Of a stretch of DNA of 64,000 nucleotides, positions 1 through 10,622 are shown piece by piece (position 1 is the stretch's first letter; each line of letters opens with the position of its first letter). Source of the stretch: Trueperaceae bacterium (GTDB lineage: Bacteria; Deinococcota; Deinococci; Deinococcales; Trueperaceae); contig JAXHNB010000006.1 in NCBI GenBank assembly GCA_034520945.1, positions 288,001 through 352,000 of the forward strand, given 5' to 3'. The position numbers were made by a program, and so were the translations under genes. The notes under the pieces were generated by a model. The model was not told where the DNA came from, searched no databases, and saw only the letters and a program-made list of their open reading frames with translations.

Positions 1-410
1 AAGGATTGGTACGCCACGTCGGGCTGAGCGAGGTGAGCGTCGAAGAGATCGAGGCGGCCCGGCAGTGGGTCGAGATCGCCACGGTGCAGAACCTGTACAA
101 CCTCACCCGCCGCGACAGCGAGGCGGTCTTGGAGTACTGCGAGGCGCACGGCATCGGGTTCATCCCCTGGTTCCCCCTGGCGGCGGGCCGACTGGCGGAA
201 CCGGGCGGCGCGGTGGACGAGGTGGCGGCGCGGCTCGACGTCGGTCACGCGCAGGTCGCGCTGGCGTGGTTGCTGAAGCGCAGCCCGGTGATGCTCCCGA
301 TCCCCGGCACGGGTCGGGTGGCGCACCTGGAGCAGAACGTCGCCGCCGCCGAGGTGGCGCTGAGCGACGAAGATTTCGCGTCGTTGGACAAGGCCGCGCG
401 GGCCGCCTGA
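1..410 (+). CDS. Aldo/keto reductase, 5'-truncated by the window edge
   Basis: [39 protein letters not shown]...HLEQN are AKR C-terminal motifs. Confidence 0.9.
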   Translation, partial: GLVRHVGLSEVSVEEIEAARQWVEIATVQNLYNLTRRDSEAVLEYCEAHGIGFIPWFPLAAGRLAEPGGAVDEVAARLDVGHAQVALAWLLKRSPVMLPIPGTGRVAHLEQNVAAAEVALSDEDFASLDKAARAA

Positions 411-533
411 GGGCGGCCGCGTGGTTCGGGCGGTCCATGGGGGGCGCCCCGCCCGCGTGCAACAATGAACGTGTCGATCGCCCGTCGAGCTCCCACCCTG
501 CGTGGGACGCATCTAGCAGAAAGGGGACACCGC

Positions 534-2396
534 ATGCCAAGACTTCGCGCCCTGCTTCTCGCGCTGGCCGCCTTGTCGGTCGCTGCGTTCGCAGCGGCAC
601 AGGAGGCCTCCTACACGCTTCAGGTCATCCACGCCTCCGACAACGAGTCCGCCTTCCAGGACCCGAACACGCTGGAGGAACGCGTCCTCGGCTACGCCAG
701 CGTCATCGAAGGCCTGCGCGAGCTGTCCTCCGACGGCTCGATCTACGTGACGGCCGGCGACCACACGCTGCCGGGCCCGTTCTACGCCGCCGCCGAGCAG
801 GTGGACGCGCTCGGTGCGCCCGGCCTGGGCGACATCGCCCTGTTCAACGGCATGGGCCTGGACGCCAACGGCATCGGCAACCACGAGTTCGACGGCGGGT
901 TGGACGACTTCGCCCGCATGCTGGCCCATGCGGAGTACCCGTTCATCGCGGTCAACCTGGACTTCTCGGACGCTGAGACCGGCGAGGACGTGCCGCCCAT
1001 CGAAATGGGCACCGACGGTGCCAGCGTGGAGGAGAACGCCGGCAAGATCGTGCGCAGCGCCTACGTCGAGGTCGGTGGCGAACGCATCGGCCTGATCGGA
1101 CGGGCGCCGGCCGACTTCTTCAACGTCATCGAGGACCCCGACGAGACCATGCCCGGCGTCGACTTCTACGGCGGCCGCGATCCCGAGAACAACCAGCCGC
1201 TCGAGTCCGCCGTGCCGAAGGTGCTGGAGCAGGTCGACCTGCTGCAGCGGCAGGGCATCGACAAGATCGTGCTGTTGGACCACGCGCAGGACTTCACGGC
1301 CGATCCCCTCGGGACCGAGGCGCTGTACGGCATCGACGTGATCGTGCAGGCCGGCGCCACCGGCTTCATGGCGCGGCCCGAAGCGGAGGGCCCCTTCAAC
1401 CTGCTGCGCGAGGGCGACGAGGCCCAGACGATCTACCCGACGTTGCGGCTGGACCGTGACGGTGGGCTGGTGGCGGTGGTGAACAGCGACCAGCTGTACC
1501 GGTACGTGGGTCAGTTGCGGATCGGGTTCGACGATCAGGGGCGCATCGTGCACGTCGATCGTCGCAGCGGCCCGATCGCGTCCTCGCCCGAAGGCGTCTC
1601 CGCGTTGGAGGCCTACCTCGAGCAGGACCTGGCGCCGCCGCGGGCGGTGACGCGTACCTTCGAGGCCCTGCAAGACACCGACATCATCCAAGAGGCGTTC
1701 GAGGTGGTGGGCACCACCGAGGTCGCACTGAACGGCGAACGCGTGAACGTGCGCGGGCGCGCTACCAACCTCGGGCGGTTGGCCTCCGACTCCACCCTGT
1801 GGTACGCGCGTCGGGCGTTCGAGGATCGTGACGTCGACCTGGCGCTGAAGAACGGCGGCGGCATTCGCGCCAGCATCACCGGCCCCAACGTCACCCGCTT
1901 GGCGATCAACACCGCGTTGGCGTTCAACAATCAGATCTCGGTGGTCGAACTGAGCGCCACCGAACTGCTGGCCACCATGGAGAACGCCGTCAGTCGCGTT
2001 CCGGCCGCCGACGGCCGCTTCCCGCAGCTGGCCGGCGCGCACCTCGTCTACGATCCCGATCGGCCCGGCGTGTCCGACGAACCGTCGATGGATACCCCGT
2101 CGCGCGTGCGGACGCTCCGCATCGTCGACGACGGCGAGGTGGTCGACACCGTCGTCGAAGACGGACGGTTGCAGGGCGACCCGGACCGGACCTTCGAGTT
2201 GGCGACCAACAGCTTCCTGGCCACTGGCGGCGACGGCTACGCCAGCTTGGCCGCCGCGGCGGAGGCGCGCCCGTCCGTGATCACGGACATCGGCGAACAA
2301 GAGGTGCTGGTCGAATACCTGCAGGAGGTGCTGGACGGCAACGTGAACCTGCCCGATCCGCCCGAGAACCCGAGGGTCGCGCCCGTCGGCGAGTAG
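534..2396 (+). CDS. Secreted bifunctional metallophosphatase / 5'-nucleotidase
   Basis: Signal peptide MPRLRALLLALAALSVAAFAAA; HASD, AGD, GNHEFD, NGGGIRA, GRFPQ and FLATGGDGY motifs; SD-like AAGGGG before ATG 534. Confidence 0.9.
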   Translation: MPRLRALLLALAALSVAAFAAAQEASYTLQVIHASDNESAFQDPNTLEERVLGYASVIEGLRELSSDGSIYVTAGDHTLPGPFYAAAEQVDALGAPGLGDIALFNGMGLDANGIGNHEFDGGLDDFARMLAHAEYPFIAVNLDFSDAETGEDVPPIEMGTDGASVEENAGKIVRSAYVEVGGERIGLIGRAPADFFNVIEDPDETMPGVDFYGGRDPENNQPLESAVPKVLEQVDLLQRQGIDKIVLLDHAQDFTADPLGTEALYGIDVIVQAGATGFMARPEAEGPFNLLREGDEAQTIYPTLRLDRDGGLVAVVNSDQLYRYVGQLRIGFDDQGRIVHVDRRSGPIASSPEGVSALEAYLEQDLAPPRAVTRTFEALQDTDIIQEAFEVVGTTEVALNGERVNVRGRATNLGRLASDSTLWYARRAFEDRDVDLALKNGGGIRASITGPNVTRLAINTALAFNNQISVVELSATELLATMENAVSRVPAADGRFPQLAGAHLVYDPDRPGVSDEPSMDTPSRVRTLRIVDDGEVVDTVVEDGRLQGDPDRTFELATNSFLATGGDGYASLAAAAEARPSVITDIGEQEVLVEYLQEVLDGNVNLPDPPENPRVAPVGE

Positions 2397-2441
2397 GTTC
2401 GGCTTCGTCCGACGCCGGTCACGGGTCTTCCCTCACCGGTC

Positions 2442-2476
2442 ACGGGCCGTGGCGCGCACTGCGCGCCACGGCCCGT
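2442..2476. terminator. 16-bp perfect hairpin between convergent genes, likely terminator
   Basis: acgggccgtggcgcgc-act-gcgcgccacggcccgt. Confidence 0.65.
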
Positions 2477-2555
2477 TCCGTGATCTTGGCTTGACCGTCG
2501 TTCTGGCCCGTGAAGGGGAGGAACGGGTCGCAGCCGGCGAACAGGGTGTCGTGGG

Positions 2556-3740
2556 CTACCGCGTGCCCTCGTCACGCTCCGGCGACCGTACGGAACCCCC
2601 GTTCACCGTTACGCGCGCGGGCGTCGGGCCGAGAGGTTCGTCGTACGCCAACGGGCCATTCCACGCGCCCAGGCCACCTCGAAGGAACGTCAGTCCTGTC
2701 ACGCCGGCCCGATGCAGGACATCGACGGCCGCAATGCTCCTCGGTCCGCGTGAGCAGTAGACGAGGTAGCGAGGCGCGTCCGGGAGCGCCAGAGCGGCAT
2801 GTTCGTCGAGGGTGGACAAGGGCCGGCACAGGGCGCCGGGAATGTGTCCGCGAACGTACTCCTCTTCTTCGCGCACGTCCACGAGAACCACGTCGCTCGA
2901 GGCCTCGACGGCGGCAGCGTCGAGGCCTGGCGCCGTAGCGCATTCCGCCTCGGGTAGGTGGACGGGGTCCGGCGTTCCGGCACAGGTGCCGCATCCTTCG
3001 CGCGGGTGGATGGTCAGCTGACGTGAACTCATGTCCCTGGCGTCTAGGACCCAGAGCTTGCCGACCAGGCTTCGCAGGCCCGTGGATCGACCCTCACCCG
3101 CAAGAAGCTTGACCGCCTCCGCAGCTTGGATGGTGCCCACCATGCCGACCAAGGGCCCCAAGACGCCTGCTTCCGCGCAATTCGGTACCCATTCGCTCGG
3201 CGGCTGAGGGTAGATGCAGCGAAAGCAGGGACCCACCCGCGCGTCGAAGACGCTGACCATGCCTTCCATCCCGATGACCGAGCCGTACACCAGCGGGCGT
3301 CCGTGCTTCGCGGTGACGTCGGCCAGCAGGAACTTGGTGGCGAAGTTGTCGCTGCCGTCGAGGATCACGTCGTGCGCGGCGATCAGCTGGTCGGCGTCGT
3401 CCGCGTCCAAGCGGCCTTCGATGCCGACGACCTCGATGTCGGGATTCAGTCCGCGAAGGTGCTGAGCCGCGGCGACGGCCTTGGGCGCCCCAACGTCACG
3501 CTCTTCGTACAGCACCTGCCGGTGCAGGTTGCTGCGGTCGACCCGGTCGGCGTCGATGATGGTGATTCTGCCGACGCCTGCGCCCGCGAGGTAGGGCAGG
3601 GCCGCGGAAGCCAAGCCTCCGGCGCCGACGCACAACAGGCTGGCTCTGCGCAGGCGCTCCTGGCCTTCCTCTCCGATTTCGGGCACCAACATCTGGCGGC
3701 CGTAGCGTTCCATGTTCGTCACCCTGCCCCCCTTGGTCAT
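2556..3740 (-). CDS. moeB: Molybdopterin-synthase adenylyltransferase MoeB with C-terminal rhodanese domain (MoeZ-like)
   Basis: RYGRQ, GAGGL, SNLHRQ, CFRC, NCAEAGVLG; rhodanese DVRE..EY..GHIPGA and YCSRGPRS; start at 3740 or 3713. Confidence 0.9.
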   Translation of the reverse strand: MTKGGRVTNMERYGRQMLVPEIGEEGQERLRRASLLCVGAGGLASAALPYLAGAGVGRITIIDADRVDRSNLHRQVLYEERDVGAPKAVAAAQHLRGLNPDIEVVGIEGRLDADDADQLIAAHDVILDGSDNFATKFLLADVTAKHGRPLVYGSVIGMEGMVSVFDARVGPCFRCIYPQPPSEWVPNCAEAGVLGPLVGMVGTIQAAEAVKLLAGEGRSTGLRSLVGKLWVLDARDMSSRQLTIHPREGCGTCAGTPDPVHLPEAECATAPGLDAAAVEASSDVVLVDVREEEEYVRGHIPGALCRPLSTLDEHAALALPDAPRYLVYCSRGPRSIAAVDVLHRAGVTGLTFLRGGLGAWNGPLAYDEPLGPTPARVTVNGGSVRSPERDEGTR

Positions 3741-3803
3741 CCGATCGATGCGGTCGTCTGGTCGCAGTCGCGCATGAAGCGCTCGGACACGCACGATCTG
3801 GGC

Positions 3804-4241
3804 TCAGGCATGAGGGGCCAGCACATGCCCTTCGATCCACTCGCTGTCCCCGTCCACGTAGTGCTCCTGCTTCCAGACCGGAGCGCGGCGTTTCATCTGC
3901 TCCACCAGGTACCGGCAGGCGCGGAACGAATGATCGCGATGACGCGAGCTGACCGCTGCGATGACGCTGGCCTCGCCGACGCTCAGCCGGCCCTTGCGGT
4001 GGGCGAGCCAGACGCGCACGCCCTCCCATTCAGCCGCCGCTTCGTCGCAGATCTCCGTGAAGACGCGGCGGCACAGCGCGTCGTGCACGTCGTAGCTGAC
4101 GGCCTGAACGCTGCGACCGTCATTGATGTCGCGTACGCGTCCGATGAAGAGGTCGGCCGCGCCATGATCCGGAGCGCTGCAGTGGGCCAGCGCCTCCTCG
4201 ACCGACAACGGCCGGTCGCTGGTATCGACGTGGATGCTCAC
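3804..4241 (-). CDS. moaE: Molybdopterin synthase catalytic subunit
   Basis: GAADLFIGRVRD, HRKGRLSVGEASV, HRDHSF, MKRRAPVWKQE. Confidence 0.92.
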   Translation of the reverse strand: MSIHVDTSDRPLSVEEALAHCSAPDHGAADLFIGRVRDINDGRSVQAVSYDVHDALCRRVFTEICDEAAAEWEGVRVWLAHRKGRLSVGEASVIAAVSSRHRDHSFRACRYLVEQMKRRAPVWKQEHYVDGDSEWIEGHVLAPHA

Positions 4242-4266
4242 GGGTCGGCCCCCCTTTGCGCGTCGT

Positions 4267-4524
4267 TCAACCGCCGCAGACGGGCGGGAGGATGGCGAGT
4301 TCCGGGCCGGACGGCACCGCGTCGGCATCGTTCAGCACGCGGTCGTCGGTCGCGAAGGCGGAGGCGCGGAGGAGGGAGTGCACGTTGTCCCCTTCGAGTC
4401 GAGCTCCGATCGCTGCGCGTACGTCCGCGACGGTGGCGTCCTCGGCCACATCCACGCGGAGGGTGGGCTCGGCACCGAACTGGCGGAAGGCCCCGAACAG
4501 CTGGACATCGACGGTTCGCATCAT
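4267..4524 (-). CDS. moaD: Molybdopterin synthase sulfur carrier
   Basis: 85 aa ubiquitin-like protein ending LAILPPVCGG; SD GAAAGGAG. Confidence 0.92.
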   Translation of the reverse strand: MMRTVDVQLFGAFRQFGAEPTLRVDVAEDATVADVRAAIGARLEGDNVHSLLRASAFATDDRVLNDADAVPSGPELAILPPVCGG

Positions 4525-4633
4525 CGAAAACGACTCCTTTCGCGGACGACTGCGTTTGCGATCACGTCGTCTTGGCGAGGGTAGACGGTGTAGGGTCCCG
4601 CGCCCGTCGTCTGCAGGGGGCCGGCCGAGCCGG

Positions 4634-5119
4634 TCACCGGAAGCGCTCCGGTAACGGCGGGAGGCCGTCCGGATGCACCCAGGTGCCCGACGTACCGCCC
4701 TCTTTCTTCAGAAGCCGCACGCCGCCGATTCCCAGCGCGGCCTCGATCGGCTTGGACAGGTCCCAGATCGTCAGCAACGCCAGGTTCACGCCCGCCAACG
4801 CCTCCATCTCCACACCGGTCCGGCCCGACGTAACCACCTGGCAGAAGACGGTCACGGCCAAGGCCTCATCGTCCGGATCGAACGCCAACGCCACCTGGTC
4901 CAGGCCGAGCGGATGACACAGGGGGATCAACTGATCCACCTTCTTGGCGGCGAGAATACCGGCCACTTCGGCCAAGCTCAGGGCGTCTCCCTTCGGCAGC
5001 TTGCCGTCGCGAACGAGCGGGTACGCGCCTTGTCCCAGGTCGATACGTCCGCATGCGAGGGCGCGCCGGCGGGTGACCGCCTTGCCGCCCACGTCGATCA
5101 TCGTGTAGCCAGAGGCCAT
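4634..5119 (-). CDS. moaC: Cyclic pyranopterin monophosphate synthase
   Basis: MIDVGGK, KGDAL, AGILAAKK, LIPLCHPL, TGVEMEAL, LTIWDLSK, KEGG. Confidence 0.93.
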   Translation of the reverse strand: MASGYTMIDVGGKAVTRRRALACGRIDLGQGAYPLVRDGKLPKGDALSLAEVAGILAAKKVDQLIPLCHPLGLDQVALAFDPDDEALAVTVFCQVVTSGRTGVEMEALAGVNLALLTIWDLSKPIEAALGIGGVRLLKKEGGTSGTWVHPDGLPPLPERFR

Positions 5120-5526
5120 ATCTACCCTACCCTCCCGCGATGCGGAGCGTGCGAATGTCGAGGTCCGCGAAGCCTCGGACCCGCCGCCGGATCTCGGCGC
5201 GGCCTCGACGCCGAGCATGGCACCCACGGCCGACCCGTCCGCCCCTGTCCGAGCCTTCTTCAACGGATCGCTCGCCTCATTGAACGACATGTTCGCATTT
5301 CGTCCCGTCATGGGTGCCCTCGGGGCACCAAATGCCGTCGTACCGCGCCTGGCCGATGTCCAACGGCAGCAGTATGGAGCCCGGGATCGCGCGCGGGGTG
5401 GTGGCGTGGTCGGCCGTCAGGCCAGAACTGCGGTCGGCGCGGAACGCTGGCGATACGCTACGCCCGTGGGTGAGGGACGGCGCAGAGACGATCGTACTCC
5501 GCGTTCGGCCCCTGCACGAGACTCGA

Positions 5527-5559
5527 TTGACGCTGTTTTGACGCCGCGCGTCCTACGCT
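5527..5559 (+). promoter_or_regulatory. Heptamer direct repeat (TTGACGC x2, 11-bp period) followed by a -10 box TACGCT
   Basis: TTGACGC at 5527 and 5538; TACGCT at 5554. Confidence 0.35.
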
Positions 5560-5594
5560 GTACCTGTCAGGTCGGCCGGTTCGAAGGAGACCCC

Positions 5595-6530
5595 ATGGAA
5601 CGAAGCGTCCATCGCGTCGTGAACGGGAAGCCGCGCGTGCATTCCGCCATCGCGCGTCGCATGGCACGATGCGTCGCGGTGATGGTGGGGTGGTCCCTCT
5701 TCGCGGTGGCCTCCGGGTGCGCAGGCGGTGCGACGCAGGACGGGACGGCGGCGGCCCTGAACGTGGCCCCGACCGACCTGACGACGGGACCCGGCGGGAG
5801 CCTGTTCGTGTCCAGCGCGTCCGCGGGCAAGGTACTCCGGCAGGTGGACGGCATGTGGCGTGACGTGCCCGGTCCTTGGGCGCGCCCGTACGGTCTGACG
5901 GCCGCCTCGGACGGGCGGGTGTGCCTGGCGCACTTCACCTCGGAGGATCCCTTGACCCGCCAGAGCGCCGTCAGTTGCCGCGACGCAGGCGCATGGACGC
6001 GCGAAGCGACCGGCCTGGGGAGCGGTGTGAACGGTCTTCTCGCTACGGCCGAAGGCATCTGGGCCGTCGGCTGGCAGGACACCGACATCGAACAGCGCGA
6101 CGGGCGGCTCAGCCTGATCGCGGACGGCCGGATCACGCGGCGCATCGATATCCCGGCCTACGTGCCCCGCTTCGCGGTCGAAACGCCCACGGGCGACCTC
6201 TTGGTCAGCGCCTGGCGGGAGGATGCCTCGGGGTTCACGGGCGGCGCGATCCTGCGCGTCACGCGCGAGGGAAGCGTCGACATGTTCAGTGACGCGCTGA
6301 CGCGGCCCGCCGGTTTGGCCTACGGTCATGACGGGGTCTGGGTCGCCGACACGGCGGCCGGCGCCCTGGTGCTTCTGTCGCACGACGGGCGCGAGAGTGC
6401 CCGACAGAAAGGATTGGAGGAACCCACTGGTGTGACCCTCGTCGAAGCGGACCGCCTCTGCCTGGCAGAGACGGCGGCCCACCGCATCACCTGTCTCGTT
6501 CCCGCGAACGTACTCGGAGGTTCGCCATGA
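5595..6530 (+). CDS. Putative beta-propeller (NHL/SMP-30-like) exported protein or lipoprotein
   Basis: SD AAGGAG before ATG 5595; hydrophobic segment then ASGC; repeated P.GL(T/A) blades (PYGLTA, PAGLAY, PTGVTL); stop overlaps next start (ATGA). Confidence 0.65.
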   Translation: MERSVHRVVNGKPRVHSAIARRMARCVAVMVGWSLFAVASGCAGGATQDGTAAALNVAPTDLTTGPGGSLFVSSASAGKVLRQVDGMWRDVPGPWARPYGLTAASDGRVCLAHFTSEDPLTRQSAVSCRDAGAWTREATGLGSGVNGLLATAEGIWAVGWQDTDIEQRDGRLSLIADGRITRRIDIPAYVPRFAVETPTGDLLVSAWREDASGFTGGAILRVTREGSVDMFSDALTRPAGLAYGHDGVWVADTAAGALVLLSHDGRESARQKGLEEPTGVTLVEADRLCLAETAAHRITCLVPANVLGGSP

Positions 6531-9500
6531 TCCCATCCCTACGGCGCCTGCCCGCCCTGACGCTCTCGGCGGCAGTCGTGCTCCTCCTCACGGCCTGTCC
6601 CTCCACGACCGGCCCAACCGACGAAACGCTCGCCTCCTTCGACCTGTCCGCCCCCGACTCGGTGGCGGATGGCGAGAGCTTCACGCTGTCCGTCGAAGCG
6701 GTCGGCAGCGAAGGCACTATCCCGTTCACGGCGTTCAGCGGCACGCTCACGCTGAGCGTGTCCGAGGGGACCCTGGACCCCAGCAGCGTGGAGGTGAGCA
6801 GCGGCACCGGCTCCGCCCAGGCGACCGTCACGGGCGCCTCGGGCGAGGTGACGATCACCGCCAGCGACGGAGAAACCGACGGCACCACCACGCTCACGGT
6901 CGGGGACGAGGGCGAGCTCCGCACCCTCCCGGGCGAGCCGGACGATCCGGCCAGCGAAGCGATCCCGGTCCGCGAGTTCGAGGCGCGGCCCGACGACTAC
7001 AGCGACGACCACCCCGAGTTGGAGGGCGTGTTCATCTCGTTCAACACCCTGCTGGTCGCGTTCGAGCCCGAGGTGACCGTCGGCCAGGCCAACGACCTGC
7101 TGACCGAGATCGACGCCGAGATCGTCGGCGGTCTGCCCGGCGTCGAAGGCGAAGCGGCCGGCATCATGATGCTGCGCGTCCCGACCGAGACGCACGCCGA
7201 GATGATCTCGCTGCTGGAGATCCTCCGCCAGGACGACCGCGTGCGGAACGCCGTCCAGGACGCTCTGCTGGAGACCAACGAGATCCCCCGACCCAACGGC
7301 GGGACCCCCGGAGGCTGGAACTGGGAGTCGACGCCCAACGGCGGCAACTACGGCCTAGAGCTCACCCGCGTGCCGCAGATGTGGAACCTGAACGGCGCGA
7401 TCGAGAAGGTCGGCGGCGCGACCGCGACGGGCGTGTTGGACATCGGCTTCGCCGATTCGCACGAGGATTTGAGCTACGACGAGAACCAGACGCCGGGCAA
7501 TACCGCCACGCACGGCACCCACGTGGTGGGCACCATCGGCGCCGACTACGACAACGGCGTCGGTGTGGACGGCGTGAACCCGCACGCCGACCTGGTGGTG
7601 CGCACCCGTGACCGCTCGCTGATCGGGGGCAGCACCACCCTGGAGGTGCGCGAGAGCTTCGGTGAGGCGCACGTCTTCGGCTTCTTCGACCTGGTCCGCA
7701 ACCGCCCCGACCTTCGCGTTGTCAACATCAGCCTCGGCTACAACTGGGGTCCCGCCGGCGTCGATCAGGACAACAACACCAGCGCCCAACAGCTGGTCGA
7801 GCAACAGGGCGCCCTGTTCGGCCTGGGGTTGCTGCTGAACGTGCTGTTCAACGACGACTTCGACTCGCTGGAGGACTTTCCGCTGGTCTCCGTCGCGGCC
7901 GGCAACGATTCTAACGACGGCTTCGGCACGCAGGAGGCCCGCTGGTCGAGTCCGTTCACCTACGCCGGCCTGGAGCTGGACATCGAGAACGTCATCGTGG
8001 TGGAGTCGGTCGAGAACGACGTCGGCGGCACCGGCGGCGCCGAGCGCTCGGACTTCTCGAACCTGAACGGCGACATCTCCGCGCCCGGCACCGACGTGCT
8101 CAGTACCGGCCTCTTCGATGGCTACACCACGCTGTCGGGCACCTCGATGGCGTCGCCGCACATCGCCGGCCTCATCAGCTACCTGCTGACCCTCGAGCCG
8201 TCACTTTCGCACGCAGACGTCCGGGACCTGCTGACCAGCAACGCCGTGGCGGTGGCCGGTGGCGCCAGCGACCGCATGGACGCCTTCGCCTCCGCGCTGG
8301 ATATCGACCGTGTCCAGGGCAGTGACGACGTGCTACGGATGCTGCTGGACATCGACGACGGCACCATCGACGGCAACCAGCGGCTCTCCGTGGGCACCAC
8401 GAGCGACTTCACCGGCGAGGACGCCGACGGCGACGGCGGCATGGGCGACGACAACGTCGACATGGCCGACTTCCGCCGCTTCCGCGACTGGCTGCTGCAG
8501 GTGGAGGATCCCGCGAACCTGGACCTGGACGGTTCCGCGAATCACCCGAAGAAGGACGTGAACGGCAACGACCAGGTCGAGAGCGCCAGCGATGAGAACG
8601 TCTACCCACGCGCCGACTTCAACGGCGACGGCCAGCTGTCGCGGACCGCCACCAGCTACGTGCCGGGTGCCGTCGACGACACGCTCACCGACCTCAGCGT
8701 GCTGCAGACGCGTTTCTCGGATGCGAACTACGCGGCGAGCGACCTTCCCGGCCTGCTGGACTCCGGCGACATCGAGATTTGGCCCCGGCGGTGCCTGGAC
8801 CGCAGCGATGTGGTGCGGGTGGAGTCCTCGATCCTCGCCGGGGATTTCGAGATCGGTGCGCGCACCCATACCAGCGGCAGCGGGCCACGCCAGGTGTACA
8901 CGGTCGAAGTGCCGCAGGAACTGAACGGCTACACCGCGTTCGTCGAGGCCTATGACGCCAACGACGAGTTGGTGTTCGACACAGATCGCTTCGTCACGGT
9001 TGCGGCTGGCAGCGACACCTTCTGGGATCCGGTGTGCAGCGACACGCCTCCGCCGCCCGAGGAAGGCCGCGGCGAGAGCTGGGGTGACCCGCACCAGATC
9101 ACCTTCGACGGCCTGAAGTACGACTTCCAGTCGGTCGGCGAGTTCGTGTTCGTCGAGTCGGACACCGACGACTTCGTCATCCAGGTCCGCCAGGAACCGT
9201 GGGGCAGCTCGAACCGCGTCAGCGTCAACACGGCCGTCGCCACCCTGGTGGACGGCCAGGAGGTCGGCTTCTACGAGGACGAGACGCCCCCCATGCGCGT
9301 GAACGGCAATCCCACCAGCGTGACCGACGGCGGCAGCACCGGTGTCGGGGCGGGCGCCGTGTTCCGCGACGGCAACCTGTACACCGTGGTGTACCCCAAT
9401 GACGAGCAGCTCCGCGTGCGCATCCGCTCCGGGCGCATGGACCTGAACGTCTTCCTCGACACGGATCGCAGCGGTGACGTCGCCGGCTTGCTGGGCGACA

Positions 9501-10521
9501 TGGATGGCGATCCCAGCAACGACATCGCCCGCCGCGACGGCTTCGTCTTCTCGCAACCGGTCAGCTACGAGGACTTCTACACCGACACCAACACCTTCGA
9601 CGAGAGCTGGCGCATCAGCCCGGCCGAGTCGCTGTTCCACTACGACACGGGCGAGGACACCGCCACCTTCACCGACACCAGCCTGCCGGTGGCCTACGCC
9701 TCGACGGGCGACCTGAGCCCCACCGAATACGAGAACGCGCGGTCGGATTGCGAGGCCGCCGGCGTGAGCGACCCCATCGTGCTGAACGCGTGCATCCTTG
9801 ACGTGGGCGTGACCGGCGACAGGTCGTTCGCCGTCGACGCTGCCAGCGCCGGCACGCCGTCCAGCTCGCTCGAAGTGACGCCCGAGACGAACGACGTGGC
9901 CATTCTGCACAGCCAGAACACCTCCGCCGCCGACGTGTACGAGGCGGGCCTGGAGCAGCGCGGCTTCAACGTCACGCAGGTGCTGATCGGATCGACCGAG
10001 AGCGCGAATGCCAGCATGCTGGACGACTACGACGCCCTGATGATCGACACGTTCACCGGCAACCTGTCCAACTGGGACGGCGACGAGAAGGTCGTGTGAA
10101 CGCTGTCCAGCGGTCGGGCCGGCCCGTGATCGGTCTCGGCGAGGGCGGGTATGCGTACTTCGGCCAGGTGCCCTGCGGAGAGCAAGATGAGGCCTCGCCG
10201 ATCGGGTACCCCAACGGTGCGCACGGCAGTTCCCTGCAACAGTTCGGCGTCGTCTCGCCCACACACCCCAGCCTGACCGGCCCGCGCAGCGTCGACACCA
10301 GCAGCGGCAACGTGATCGTCACGACCAGCGCCATGGCGTACGTCACCATTTTCGACCCCGCCGTCGAACTCGTCGGGCGTACGGGTCCCGATCACTACGT
10401 GGACGTCATCGATCCCTCGTCCGCCGGATCGGCGCTGTGGGGCTTCCACGGCGTCCCCTCGGACTACACCCGCGACGGTTGGAACGCCCTGGCGAACGTG
10501 ATCAACTACCTGATCGACTGA
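6527..10521 (+). CDS. Lipoprotein S8 (subtilisin) peptidase with Ig-like, Dx(D/N)xDG Ca-binding, VWD and C-terminal alpha/beta domains; frameshift near 10097
   Basis: Lipobox LTAC; triad GVLDIG / HGTHVVG / GTSMASPH, oxyanion AAGND; VWD start WGDPHQITFDG, GLLGD; ORF 6527-10099 continues into ORF 10096-10521 if one TG of GTGTG is removed. Confidence 0.85.
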
Positions 10522-10545
10522 TCCTCGCCTTCGCCATCGCATGCG

Positions 10546-10577
10546 GCACATGCCCGGGGTTCGCCCCGGGCATGTGC
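10546..10577 (+). terminator. 14-bp hairpin with TTCG loop after the S8-VWD gene
   Basis: gcacatgcccgggg-ttcg-ccccgggcatgtgc. Confidence 0.7.
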
Positions 10578-10622
10578 TTCGCACGGCGGCCGAGCCCTCG
10601 GCCTCGGCGCTACCCTCGCGGC

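Noticed and set aside
5120..5330. Moco riboswitch upstream of moaC or moaD
   Set aside because: Hairpins exist, but I could not find the conserved Moco RNA sequence elements by eye; an Infernal search is needed.
10090..10100. Programmed frameshift or phase variation in the S8-VWD gene
   Set aside because: No slippery heptamer or long repeat tract; it falls in a patch of apparent sequence errors.
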